Below, in pieces: positions 8,088 to 16,282 of a stretch of DNA of 64,000 nucleotides; position 1 is the stretch's first letter, and each line of letters begins with the position of its first letter. The DNA comes from Vampirovibrionales bacterium. Its GTDB lineage: Bacteria; Cyanobacteriota; Vampirovibrionia; Vampirovibrionales; JAJTHC01. The position numbers and the translations under genes are program-made. The notes under the pieces are model-generated. The model saw only the letters and a program-made list of their open reading frames with translations. It searched no databases and was not told the DNA's origin. Location: the NCBI GenBank assembly GCA_044358835.1, contig JBIKNF010000004.1, positions 20,047 through 84,046 on the forward strand. Reading direction: 5' to 3'.

Positions 8088-9542
8088 TTATTGCGCATAG
8101 CCCGTGTATTGTTGGGGGTATTGTTGATAAGCTGTATTCGGATCATAAGGCGCAGTATACACAGGGGGGTAAGGATTGTACCCTTGGTAAGGATCATAAT
8201 TCACAGGCATTGAAGAATACATCGGTTGATAAGGCGTGTAGGCTTGGTAGGGATTGTACGTTTGAAAAGAACTATATGCTTGGTAAGGTTCCATGTACCG
8301 TTGAGGAGGAGCATACACGGGAGGGTATGGGTTATAGCTCTGGTAAGGATCATAAGCATTGTAGTAAGGGGGGGTGTATCCGTAATTCGGTTGCACCGCG
8401 GCATAAGGGTCTGCATCGCCCGCGATTGGGAAAGAATTATAGTCTGTATTATAGTTTGGGCTATATCCTGTGTTATATCCTGTGCTAGGAGGCGCATAAG
8501 GATTATTATACAAGGGAGGAGCGTAGTCATAATCAGGCGTGGCAGAAGGCGTTTTAGACCACGTATTGCCTTTATTGACCACATGTAAATCATAGTACTG
8601 ATTTAAGTACACTGGATCGCTGGTTCCTGCAGCAGCCCGTTCGGTGGCGCCTTTTCCATCTGCAATGCGGTTGCCCCAGCGGATTTCATTTTCACTTCGC
8701 AAGGTGGCGGCATAAGAAGGATCCACGCCCTTGTCTTGCAAGGCTTTAAGTGTGGCAGGGTCAAAGCGTTCATAGTGCGTTAAGGTAATCGGCACATTTC
8801 CTGAATTGCCAGACTTCATTTCAAGCTTTGCCAAGGGATCTTTAGGATCTCCGATAATCAATGGGGTCGATGAGTTGGGGTTAAATACCGTGACGTTGCC
8901 TTTAGGATCGATATACTTGGTTTGCCCGTCAGAAAGTAAAACACTGTGTTTTTCGCCCGTTTTCGGGTCAATAATCGTGGCCTTACTTTCAGTGGCCGCA
9001 ACGTTGTCCTTACGATCGGTGACGTTAATATCTTCATAAAAATTATTAATCACTAGGCCGTTGTCCGCATACACCCGCACCGCGGTGCCACTGGGGGGGT
9101 GAAACGTCCCTTCGTGATTACTGGTGCCAGTGATTTTGTACACTTCAGGATCGCCCGCGACACCGCCTTCATAGGTGGGTGTTTTGCCAGGGTTGTAATA
9201 ATAGATTTTGTTGACATTGCTTGAGGTTGATGTTTTAGAAACATCGTCCAATGAAGCAACAGTGTAATTTTTCCATTGATTCTTGGCATCGGTAAGGGGG
9301 AACTTGTTGTAGTACGCATCGGCCACAAAGCCGGTGGCTTGATCTCCTTCAGAGTTGAGATACACGTTTTTTTGTTGTGGGTAATAAGGCACGTAAGAAG
9401 GTGGCGTGTACACAGGGGGTGCATAGTAAATGGGTGCTGATTGAGGAGGAGGATTATAAATAGGCAACGGCTGTTGAGGCATATAGGTTTGATAAGGGGT
9501 GTAAGGCTGATAGCTTTGAGGGGGAAAGTTATAAAGAGACAT
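8088..9542 (-). CDS. Hypothetical protein: Tyr/Pro/Gln-rich termini flanking a globular core
   Basis: 484-aa ORF. The C-terminus has repeats such as YDPYQSYNPYPPVYAPPQ and YDPYQGYNPYPPVYTAP. Confidence 0.8.
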   Translation of the reverse strand: MSLYNFPPQSYQPYTPYQTYMPQQPLPIYNPPPQSAPIYYAPPVYTPPSYVPYYPQQKNVYLNSEGDQATGFVADAYYNKFPLTDAKNQWKNYTVASLDDVSKTSTSSNVNKIYYYNPGKTPTYEGGVAGDPEVYKITGTSNHEGTFHPPSGTAVRVYADNGLVINNFYEDINVTDRKDNVAATESKATIIDPKTGEKHSVLLSDGQTKYIDPKGNVTVFNPNSSTPLIIGDPKDPLAKLEMKSGNSGNVPITLTHYERFDPATLKALQDKGVDPSYAATLRSENEIRWGNRIADGKGATERAAAGTSDPVYLNQYYDLHVVNKGNTWSKTPSATPDYDYAPPLYNNPYAPPSTGYNTGYSPNYNTDYNSFPIAGDADPYAAVQPNYGYTPPYYNAYDPYQSYNPYPPVYAPPQRYMEPYQAYSSFQTYNPYQAYTPYQPMYSSMPVNYDPYQGYNPYPPVYTAPYDPNTAYQQYPQQYTGYAQ

Positions 9543-9592
9543 AAAAATCGTTCACTTTCTACATAGGGTTGAGGAGTTGCATTGAGCTTGCT

Positions 9593-9738
9593 ATAATGTT
9601 CGCTATATAAAACGGTCTATGGTCTCTTCGTTGTAGCTACGATTTTTTTGCTTGGTTATGTAGCCTGTCTACACGCCCGCACAAAAAATCTAAGCTCCTA
9701 GAATAGCCTCATAGCCTGTTTCATCTATCGAACATTAT
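9593..9738. mobile_element. MITE-like repeat family B, full copy (146 bp)
   Basis: The termini ATAATGTTCGCTATATAAAAC and GTTTCATCTATCGAACATTAT are inverted repeats. The interior matches 32072-32148, 46999-47036 and 38509-38553. Confidence 0.75.
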
Positions 9739-9796
9739 GGGAATATCTTGGTCTATGTGAAAGGTATCGGTGGATGTGAAACGTTGCTTCAATCGC

Positions 9797-9815
9797 TTGT
9801 AACATTCCGTTACGA
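9797..9815. promoter_or_regulatory. Palindromic putative transcription-factor site TTGTAAC-N5-GTTACGA
   Basis: Near-identical to the perfect palindrome at 44231-44251. Confidence 0.45.
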
Positions 9816-9822
9816 AACATTG

Positions 9823-9851
9823 AAAAAGCCACCCTCTAAATGAGTGGCTTT
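9823..9851. terminator. Hairpin, probable terminator of glgP-direction transcription
   Basis: AAAGCCAC...GTGGCTTT stem with an A run on + (U run on -). Confidence 0.55.
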
Positions 9852-9969
9852 ACTCCCTCTCCCTCTGGGAGAGGGTTGGGGTGAGGGTCTTAGGATGCCC
9901 ATCCATGCTGGTGTTTCCCTCATCCTAGCCTTCTCCCAGAGGGAGAAGGAACAAGGCAAAATAGACTTT
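9846..9969. repeat. REP-like doublet (family D), copy 1
   Basis: CCCTCTCCCTCTGGGAGAGGGTTGGGGTGAGGG plus an inverted partner CCCTCATCCTAGCCTTCTCCCAGAGGGAGAAGG; homologous to 42344-42489. Confidence 0.8.
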
Positions 9970-9989
9970 TACGGAGTGTTCTATAATTC

Positions 9990-10099
9990 TTACAACGCTG
10001 CGGGCTGATACAAGAACGTGTAGTATTCAATCGCCATACGGTCGCTGTCAAAGTACAGAGAAGCAAACTGAATCGCCCGTTGCATCAATTCCGCCCACC
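9990..10099 (-). repeat. Displaced duplicate of the glgP 3' end (110-bp direct repeat)
   Basis: 108/110 identical to 10587-10696 and includes the TAA stop. Both differences are synonymous in the GlgP frame. Confidence 0.95.
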
Positions 10100-10542
10100 T
10101 ATATCGCATCAATATTGAAGTGGTATCCATGAATTTTTAATTTCTTACTTTGATCCTCACTCAAGCCAACGGTGGTTACAGCCTCTCCTTTTTGAAATTT
10201 ACCCTTAAATTCAATGCTATAGAAAATTCCCTCAGGGGTATATTGTACTTGAGTGGTAGCATCATCCCCCTTGTCACGTGTTAAGAATTTTCCTAAATGC
10301 TTATTTTGAAATATGAATATTTTTTTATTTTTATCTTTAGTCACTACTTTCTTATAGTCGTCTGTAGTTAATTCATTATAAATATCATCGTAGGCTTGAT
10401 CGTTATATTTTTTGTATAATTGATCTAAAGTAGCATTGATTTCAGGCTCTTTATCACCCAGTAGCGAGAAACAACCAGTCAAATTAGTACAAATTAAAAT
10501 AACCACAAAAACACCTATAATACTTCGTAATTGTTGAATCAT
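10099..10542 (-). CDS. AT-rich foreign-looking lipoprotein (147 aa)
   Basis: Lipobox LTGC and an AAGGA SD. The sequence is visibly much more AT-rich than its flanks and lies between the two glgP 3'-end repeats. Confidence 0.85.
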   Translation of the reverse strand: MIQQLRSIIGVFVVILICTNLTGCFSLLGDKEPEINATLDQLYKKYNDQAYDDIYNELTTDDYKKVVTKDKNKKIFIFQNKHLGKFLTRDKGDDATTQVQYTPEGIFYSIEFKGKFQKGEAVTTVGLSEDQSKKLKIHGYHFNIDAI

Positions 10543-10586
10543 TATTTCATCCTTCTGTAATTGAATACGGTAATATACAAAGGGTA

Positions 10587-12200
10587 TTACAAGGCTGCGG
10601 GCTGATACAAGAACGTATAGTATTCAATCGCCATACGGTCGCTGTCAAAGTACAGAGAAGCAAACTGAATCGCCCGTTGCATCAATTCCGCCCACCGTTG
10701 AGGGTGATCATAATACGTCGGCAAAACACGGTCTTCAATAATGGTCATCATGCTTTCATAATCGCGTTGGTGTAATTCTGCATCACTCGCATTACCACTG
10801 GTGCCTTCAGGATTGATGATGAAGCCGTTATACTCGTCAAAGGTACCTTCAACCGCCCAGCCGTCATCCGTAGACATATGCAAAGTTCCGTTAAAATTGG
10901 CAGACATCCCTGAAGTGCCTGAGGCTTCCAAGGGGCGCTGAGGCGTATTGAGCCATAAATCAGCCCCCCGCTTCATGCGACCGGAAAGTTCCAGTTCGTA
11001 ACCAGGTAAAATCGCCACACCCTTCATGGTTTTAGAAAGCGCAATCACATGGTTAAAGGTGTCACGTCCCCACGTGTCTTTGGGGTGAAACTTACCCGCA
11101 AACACGATTTGAAGCTTTTTAGAATCCAGCAAACGCTTAATGCGGGCCATGTCCTTAAAAATGAGATCCGCCCTCTTGTAAGCGGTAAAGCGTCTTGCCC
11201 ACACAATGGTAAAGACATCAGGATCCAAACTCGTGCCCGCTTCTTGGTTGACGAATTCAATGAACTCCTTACGCATGACTTTTTTAGCACTGAGCAGTTC
11301 TTCGGCGGTTTTGGCTTGGGCAATACGTTCGTCTTGCCAGTATTTTAAATTGGTGGCGTTAGTGACAGCGTGAATGTTGCAACGTCCTTGCACCCACTTC
11401 CACATATCGGCGGCGACTTCTCCATGAAGTTGAGACACCCCATTGGCGAGACGGCTTAAACGCAACGCCGCCACCGTCAAAGAAAAATGATCGCCCCCTA
11501 AACGGCAGGCTTCATCCCGATGGGTATTGACAAAAAAGCCCGCTTCTAGCAATAAATCTACAGGGTGAATTTCATTGCCCGCAGGCACAGGCGTATGCGT
11601 GGTAAACACAAGCTTTGAACGCACCAAGTCATAGTTATTTCCATAAAGCCTTAAAAGTTCAAACGCCGCTGGTAAGGCATGGCCTTCATTCATGTGTACG
11701 GTGTCATACTTTACGGAAAGAGCCGACAAGGCGCGCACGCCCCCCACGCCCAAAATAACTTCTTGAGCCACACGAATACGTTCATCCGCATCATAAAGCT
11801 TGTTGGAATAATCTCGCACGTGTTGGGGATTTTCAGGCAAATCAGTGGTTAGGAAGTAGCACGGGCATGTGCCGAAGGTCTTGGGTTCCAGCAAAAACGG
11901 CTTGACTTTGACGAGTTCACCGTAAATGGAAACATCAACCGTCACGCCTGTGTCAACCAAAAAGTCGTAGGAACGATCGACATACTTAATTTGAATTTCG
12001 TTATTTTCGTCGATGTATTGATCCCCATAACCCTGTTTCCAAAGAATGCTCACGCCCACCATAGGTAAGCCCAAGTTCCCTGCCGAAAGCATGTGAGAGC
12101 CTGACAAAAAGCCCAAGCCCCCAGAATAGGTATGAAAACTTTGATCAATCGCCATTTCCATGGTGAAGTAGGCCACTTTTTGTAAAAGAGCAAGATGCAT
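10587..12200 (-). CDS. glgP: Short alpha-glucan (glycogen/maltodextrin) phosphorylase, GT35 family
   Basis: YSGGLGFLSG, HMNEGH, FTTHTPVPAGNE, WARRFTAYKR and EASGTSGM motifs. Confidence 0.9.
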   Translation of the reverse strand: MHLALLQKVAYFTMEMAIDQSFHTYSGGLGFLSGSHMLSAGNLGLPMVGVSILWKQGYGDQYIDENNEIQIKYVDRSYDFLVDTGVTVDVSIYGELVKVKPFLLEPKTFGTCPCYFLTTDLPENPQHVRDYSNKLYDADERIRVAQEVILGVGGVRALSALSVKYDTVHMNEGHALPAAFELLRLYGNNYDLVRSKLVFTTHTPVPAGNEIHPVDLLLEAGFFVNTHRDEACRLGGDHFSLTVAALRLSRLANGVSQLHGEVAADMWKWVQGRCNIHAVTNATNLKYWQDERIAQAKTAEELLSAKKVMRKEFIEFVNQEAGTSLDPDVFTIVWARRFTAYKRADLIFKDMARIKRLLDSKKLQIVFAGKFHPKDTWGRDTFNHVIALSKTMKGVAILPGYELELSGRMKRGADLWLNTPQRPLEASGTSGMSANFNGTLHMSTDDGWAVEGTFDEYNGFIINPEGTSGNASDAELHQRDYESMMTIIEDRVLPTYYDHPQRWAELMQRAIQFASLYFDSDRMAIEYYTFLYQPAAL

Positions 12201-12359
12201 AAGGGGTAAATCCTTTCAAACTCTGAATGATTAGTTGGTGATATTCATTCAATTGTTTTTATAACTTTACTACAGTCTACCTTATCAGATTAAAAAAGTG
12301 CAAGCGTCTGGGGAACAAGATACTGTATCAGTGGGACGTCTTCTGCTATACTAAACGCT

Positions 12360-13676
12360 ATGCAAATACCACTATTTAAGCGCGCGCTTGCTTTACAAAA
12401 AAAGTCGCCCCTTCTAATTTTTTTGGGGGCCTTGTTGGTGAGTAGTTTCGTGTGGATGCTGTACCAGTCGTGGCACGCCGTTTTAGGGGGCGTGCCAAAT
12501 GGCAAAACCACCCTAACCCTTAGTGCGTGGGGAACGCTTGAAGAACGACAGACCTTGCAACGCCAAGTCGAAGCCTTTGAAAAAGCCCACCCCACCCTTG
12601 AAGTACACATTCGCCACATGCCTGATTTATACACCCAAGGTTTGCAAATGTTAATTGCGTCCAATCAAACGCCGGATGTCATGATGCTCAATAGTTTGGA
12701 TGTCCAACGCTTCTGCCAAGCAGGCTTGCTTGAAGACGCTTTTTCGCTGATTAAACACGAACAAAACGCCTTTTTCCCCACCGCCTTACGCAGTATGACT
12801 TCCCCCAACGGCACGCTTTGTGCGGTGCCTCGGGATGTGTCTAATTTAGTGGTGTATGTCAATCAAGACTTGCTTAAAACATTACCGCGCCATACGCAAG
12901 CCTTGTTAAACCCTTCGTGGCACTTAAGCAATTTACCCGCCATCGCTGAAGCTGTAGCCAACTTGCACCGTCAGCCCAAAACATGGGTGATGAGTTTTTA
13001 TCAAGCCCCTGCCTTATTTTGGCTACCCTTTGTGTGGAGTGAAGGGGGGGATGTGTTTAAAAATCAAACGATCCAATTTGACGCGGTTGCAATTCAAGCC
13101 TTGGCCCAGTACAAAGCCTTACGCCACAGCCCGCATTTGGCGCCTGATCGTCAAGAAATAGGCAATACCACCATGAGCGATCTTTTCTTGCAGGGGCGGC
13201 TACTGTGCTTGCTGAGCGGTCGATGGACGGTTCCCTTGCTACGAGAAAAGGCGTCTTTTTCGTGGGATGTGTTGCCCTTTCCTCAAGGCAAGGCGGGTTC
13301 TCGTGTGGGGATTGATTCCACAGGCTATGCCGTCAGTCGTCACAGTCCCCATCTCAAAGATGCACAAGCCCTCACGCGTTTTTTAAGTAGCGCTTCTGCG
13401 CAGCAAGCGTGGGTGCATTCGGGTTTAATCGTCCCAGCTCGCAAGGCACTCGCCACCCGAGATGCCTTCTTACAACGAGGAAAACTCCCCCAACATGCGG
13501 ACTATTTTATCACCGCCTTGTCTACAGGGGTGCCGAGTGCTTACCCCAAAACGTGGACGCACTTAGGTCAATCCCTCAATACGGCCATGGATGCCTATTT
13601 CAACACACCTGATTTGTCTTTAGAAGAGGCGCTAAACGGTGTTCAACTTCAAGGGGCTATGCCTTATGCGTCCTAA
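12360..13676 (+). CDS. Carbohydrate ABC transporter substrate-binding protein
   Basis: N-terminal membrane anchor, ASNQTPDV and LPFPQGK segments typical of sugar-binding proteins; overlaps the permease start. Confidence 0.85.
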   Translation: MQIPLFKRALALQKKSPLLIFLGALLVSSFVWMLYQSWHAVLGGVPNGKTTLTLSAWGTLEERQTLQRQVEAFEKAHPTLEVHIRHMPDLYTQGLQMLIASNQTPDVMMLNSLDVQRFCQAGLLEDAFSLIKHEQNAFFPTALRSMTSPNGTLCAVPRDVSNLVVYVNQDLLKTLPRHTQALLNPSWHLSNLPAIAEAVANLHRQPKTWVMSFYQAPALFWLPFVWSEGGDVFKNQTIQFDAVAIQALAQYKALRHSPHLAPDRQEIGNTTMSDLFLQGRLLCLLSGRWTVPLLREKASFSWDVLPFPQGKAGSRVGIDSTGYAVSRHSPHLKDAQALTRFLSSASAQQAWVHSGLIVPARKALATRDAFLQRGKLPQHADYFITALSTGVPSAYPKTWTHLGQSLNTAMDAYFNTPDLSLEEALNGVQLQGAMPYAS

Positions 13677-14559
13677 CCCCCGTCTTAATTTCAACCGTTG
13701 GATGCCTGGCCTATTTATCCTACCTGTTGTTGTGGGGCTTTTTTGCTTGAATTACATCCCGAGTTTTTACGCGTTTTATTTGAGCTTTCAGCAATGGAAC
13801 CTTTTAGAAGCTCCACAGTGGGTGGGGCTAGAAAACTACCAGCACCTTTTGGCTTCGCCCGCCTTTGTTCAAACCCTGCGTCAAACGGCGTATTATGTGG
13901 GCGGAATCGTTCTAGTTGAACTCTTGTGTTCAATCCTTATTGCAACAGCCTTGCATCGCCTAACCCGAGGCAAACGGCTGTTTCAAGTCTTGGCTTTTTT
14001 GCCCTATGTGACGCCTGCCATGGCGGCTAGCCTGATTTTTATGTGGATTTTTCAGCCTGAACAAGGCCTATTAAATAGTAGTTTACAAGCAGTGGGGGTG
14101 CTAAAAAGTCCGATTGCCTGGCTTTTTACGCCTCATACGGCCTTAATGGCCGTAATAAGCCTTGAAGTATGGAAAGCAACAGGCTATAATATGCTCTTAA
14201 TTTTGGGGGCCTTACAAGCCTTGCCCCAACACCTTGATGAAGCCGCAAGCTTAGATGGGGCGTCTGGCTTACGAAAATGGTGGTGGGTCACGCTCCCTCA
14301 GCTCATGCCCACCGTTTTACTAGTAGCCATGATGACGACCATTCATGCCCTACAAGCCTTTGACGCCATTTACTTGCTCACCCAAGGCGGGCCCAATCGC
14401 GCCACAACCGTTTTGGCCTACGCCTTGTATGAAACCGCGTTTCAGCGTTTTGAACTGGGGCAAGCCACCGCGTTGGGTGTTGTTATCTTTACCATTATTG
14501 CCATTTTAACTGGGTTACAATGGCGTTTGATACCATTTAAACGACTGAATAGCGTATAG
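13666..14559 (+). CDS. Carbohydrate ABC transporter permease (MalF/UgpA type)
   Basis: WVGLENY and the EAA loop LDEAASLDGAS..KWWWVTLPQL. The last 10 codons lie inside MITE A copy 2. Confidence 0.92.
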   Translation: MRPNPRLNFNRWMPGLFILPVVVGLFCLNYIPSFYAFYLSFQQWNLLEAPQWVGLENYQHLLASPAFVQTLRQTAYYVGGIVLVELLCSILIATALHRLTRGKRLFQVLAFLPYVTPAMAASLIFMWIFQPEQGLLNSSLQAVGVLKSPIAWLFTPHTALMAVISLEVWKATGYNMLLILGALQALPQHLDEAASLDGASGLRKWWWVTLPQLMPTVLLVAMMTTIHALQAFDAIYLLTQGGPNRATTVLAYALYETAFQRFELGQATALGVVIFTIIAILTGLQWRLIPFKRLNSV

Positions 14560-14677
14560 GTGGATTCTAGGAGCCTAGACTCGCAGATGGGTGAAGTGTA
14601 CATAAACGTACATAAGCACATCGAGAACCTGAGCGACAACGAAGACGCCAGACGCTATTTAATCGTTTAATTGGTAT
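14530..14677. mobile_element. MITE-like repeat family A, copy 2 (148 bp)
   Basis: 144/148 identical to 2892-3039. Confidence 0.85.
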
Positions 14678-14695
14678 GAGTCCAAGACGCAGTCC

Positions 14696-16105
14696 CTAGT
14701 GGTTTGAAACATTGCGAGGCAACAACAACGCCATGGTCGTGCCTTTTCCCAATTCTGACCACAACAATTTTGCCGTGCCTTCATGGGCCTGCATAATTTT
14801 ACGAATATACGCCAAGCCCAGCCCTGTGCCCGTGGCTTTGGTTGAAAAATAAGGCGTAAAAAGCTTTTCCACTTTGTCTTCAGCAATACCGACGCCTTCA
14901 TCTTTCACTTTAATGTACAAATGCGTATCATCTTTTCGACTGGCCAAAGAAACCGTCACTTTTTTCCCTTCTGTGGTGGCTTCTAAGGCATTTTTAAGCA
15001 AATTAATCAAGGCTTGACGCATACGACCTAAATCCAACGAAACCACTAAGCCCTTTTCATCAAGTGAATCCTTACTGAATTGCATTTCAATCTTTAAAAT
15101 CACGCCTTTTTCTTCGTATTTGGGACGATAAAACTCGCACACATCTTCTACAAATTGCTGAAGATTGACGCTTTCATACTGTAGTTCAAGTGGCCGAGAA
15201 TACTGCGTCAGTTCACTTAAAATAGTTTCTAAGTGCGCGGTGGCGTCTTTAATTTGATCGAGGTTTTTATGCAAGGCCTCAGGCACTTCTGCTGTTGTGG
15301 CCAGTTGCCCCAATTGCCCTTGAATAATTTGGGCGTATAGAGAAATCAACCCCAAGGGATTACGGATTTCATGAGCAATAACACTAGAAAGTTGGCCAAT
15401 GGCGGCCATGCGTTCTTGTTCAGCCATGCGACGAGACAGTTCTTTTTCTCGTTCCAAGGCCAACGTCAGTTCACGGTTACGATTTTCTAAGTTAGACAAG
15501 AGCGAAGAGACAATCAACGAAAGTTTGTTATCGTGACGAGCGTCAAAAGGGGCCTGTTCCACCGCCACGTGCAAGGCGTCATGCCCGAGCCATTCCGCCA
15601 AATACAGAGACAAATTTCGCACATCCGCAGGGTTAAAGCTCCAGCCCCCTTGATCCATACGAAAGGCTTGGGATGTTTCAGAATTCCAATGCACCACGGC
15701 ACTCAATTTGTCGCTTAACAACAACATAAAGCCTACGGTGGGGGAAATGAGGTTTTCTGAAATAGCGGATTCACATTGATCTAAATTGAACACATGTAAA
15801 CCCATCATGTTATGTAAGGGTAAACTCAACATGTTAAAGGTGTCGTCTTTCAACGTTCTTAGAATCACCACGCCGTTGATCTGTTGATCTCTGACCATGC
15901 GAATGAGTGAACCATAAATGTTTTGGAAGGTGGCTCTTGAAAACAGGCCCGTGTGGGCGGAAAGTTGATTGAGCATTTCGTCAAATTTAGGACGCGAGAC
16001 CACGGTGCTTTCATCGTCTTCTTCAAAGGGGTGAAATACATCAGAAATAGCAGACTCAAGCATCGCAGAAGCTCCCAAAATTGTGTGGTTTGCATAAGAA
16101 GTCAT
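14696..16105 (-). CDS. Soluble sensor histidine kinase, possibly with an N-terminal DICT/CHASE6-like domain
   Basis: H-box IAHEIRNPL, N-box QALINLLKNA, G1 DEGVGI, F-box LFTPYFSTK and G2 GTGLGL. Confidence 0.92.
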   Translation of the reverse strand: MTSYANHTILGASAMLESAISDVFHPFEEDDESTVVSRPKFDEMLNQLSAHTGLFSRATFQNIYGSLIRMVRDQQINGVVILRTLKDDTFNMLSLPLHNMMGLHVFNLDQCESAISENLISPTVGFMLLLSDKLSAVVHWNSETSQAFRMDQGGWSFNPADVRNLSLYLAEWLGHDALHVAVEQAPFDARHDNKLSLIVSSLLSNLENRNRELTLALEREKELSRRMAEQERMAAIGQLSSVIAHEIRNPLGLISLYAQIIQGQLGQLATTAEVPEALHKNLDQIKDATAHLETILSELTQYSRPLELQYESVNLQQFVEDVCEFYRPKYEEKGVILKIEMQFSKDSLDEKGLVVSLDLGRMRQALINLLKNALEATTEGKKVTVSLASRKDDTHLYIKVKDEGVGIAEDKVEKLFTPYFSTKATGTGLGLAYIRKIMQAHEGTAKLLWSELGKGTTMALLLPRNVSNH

Positions 16106-16282
16106 AAAAGAAAAGGAGTTTTTCGTTTAGATGTTTCCTATTATAGACCCGCTTTTTAATTATGGCTAGGTAAACGTCTTAACTCCTGTGAAACCCATCA
16201 AGCAGACGATTGCGCGGAGGCTTTCGCAAAACCTATAATGGTTGTATACTATCGTTATCTGGAAAGAAAGAAGAATCCTCCC

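Noticed and set aside
9961-9984. GACTTTTACGGAGTGTTCTA as an IS terminal repeat beside the glgP islet
   Set aside because: No partner end or transposase was found, and the resemblance is too vague to support.
9990-10696. glgP repeat pair as a DGR template/variable repeat for the RT
   Set aside because: The differences are C/G and T/C at synonymous positions rather than adenine-specific. There is no Avd gene, the RT is not DGR-like, and it is 50 kb away.
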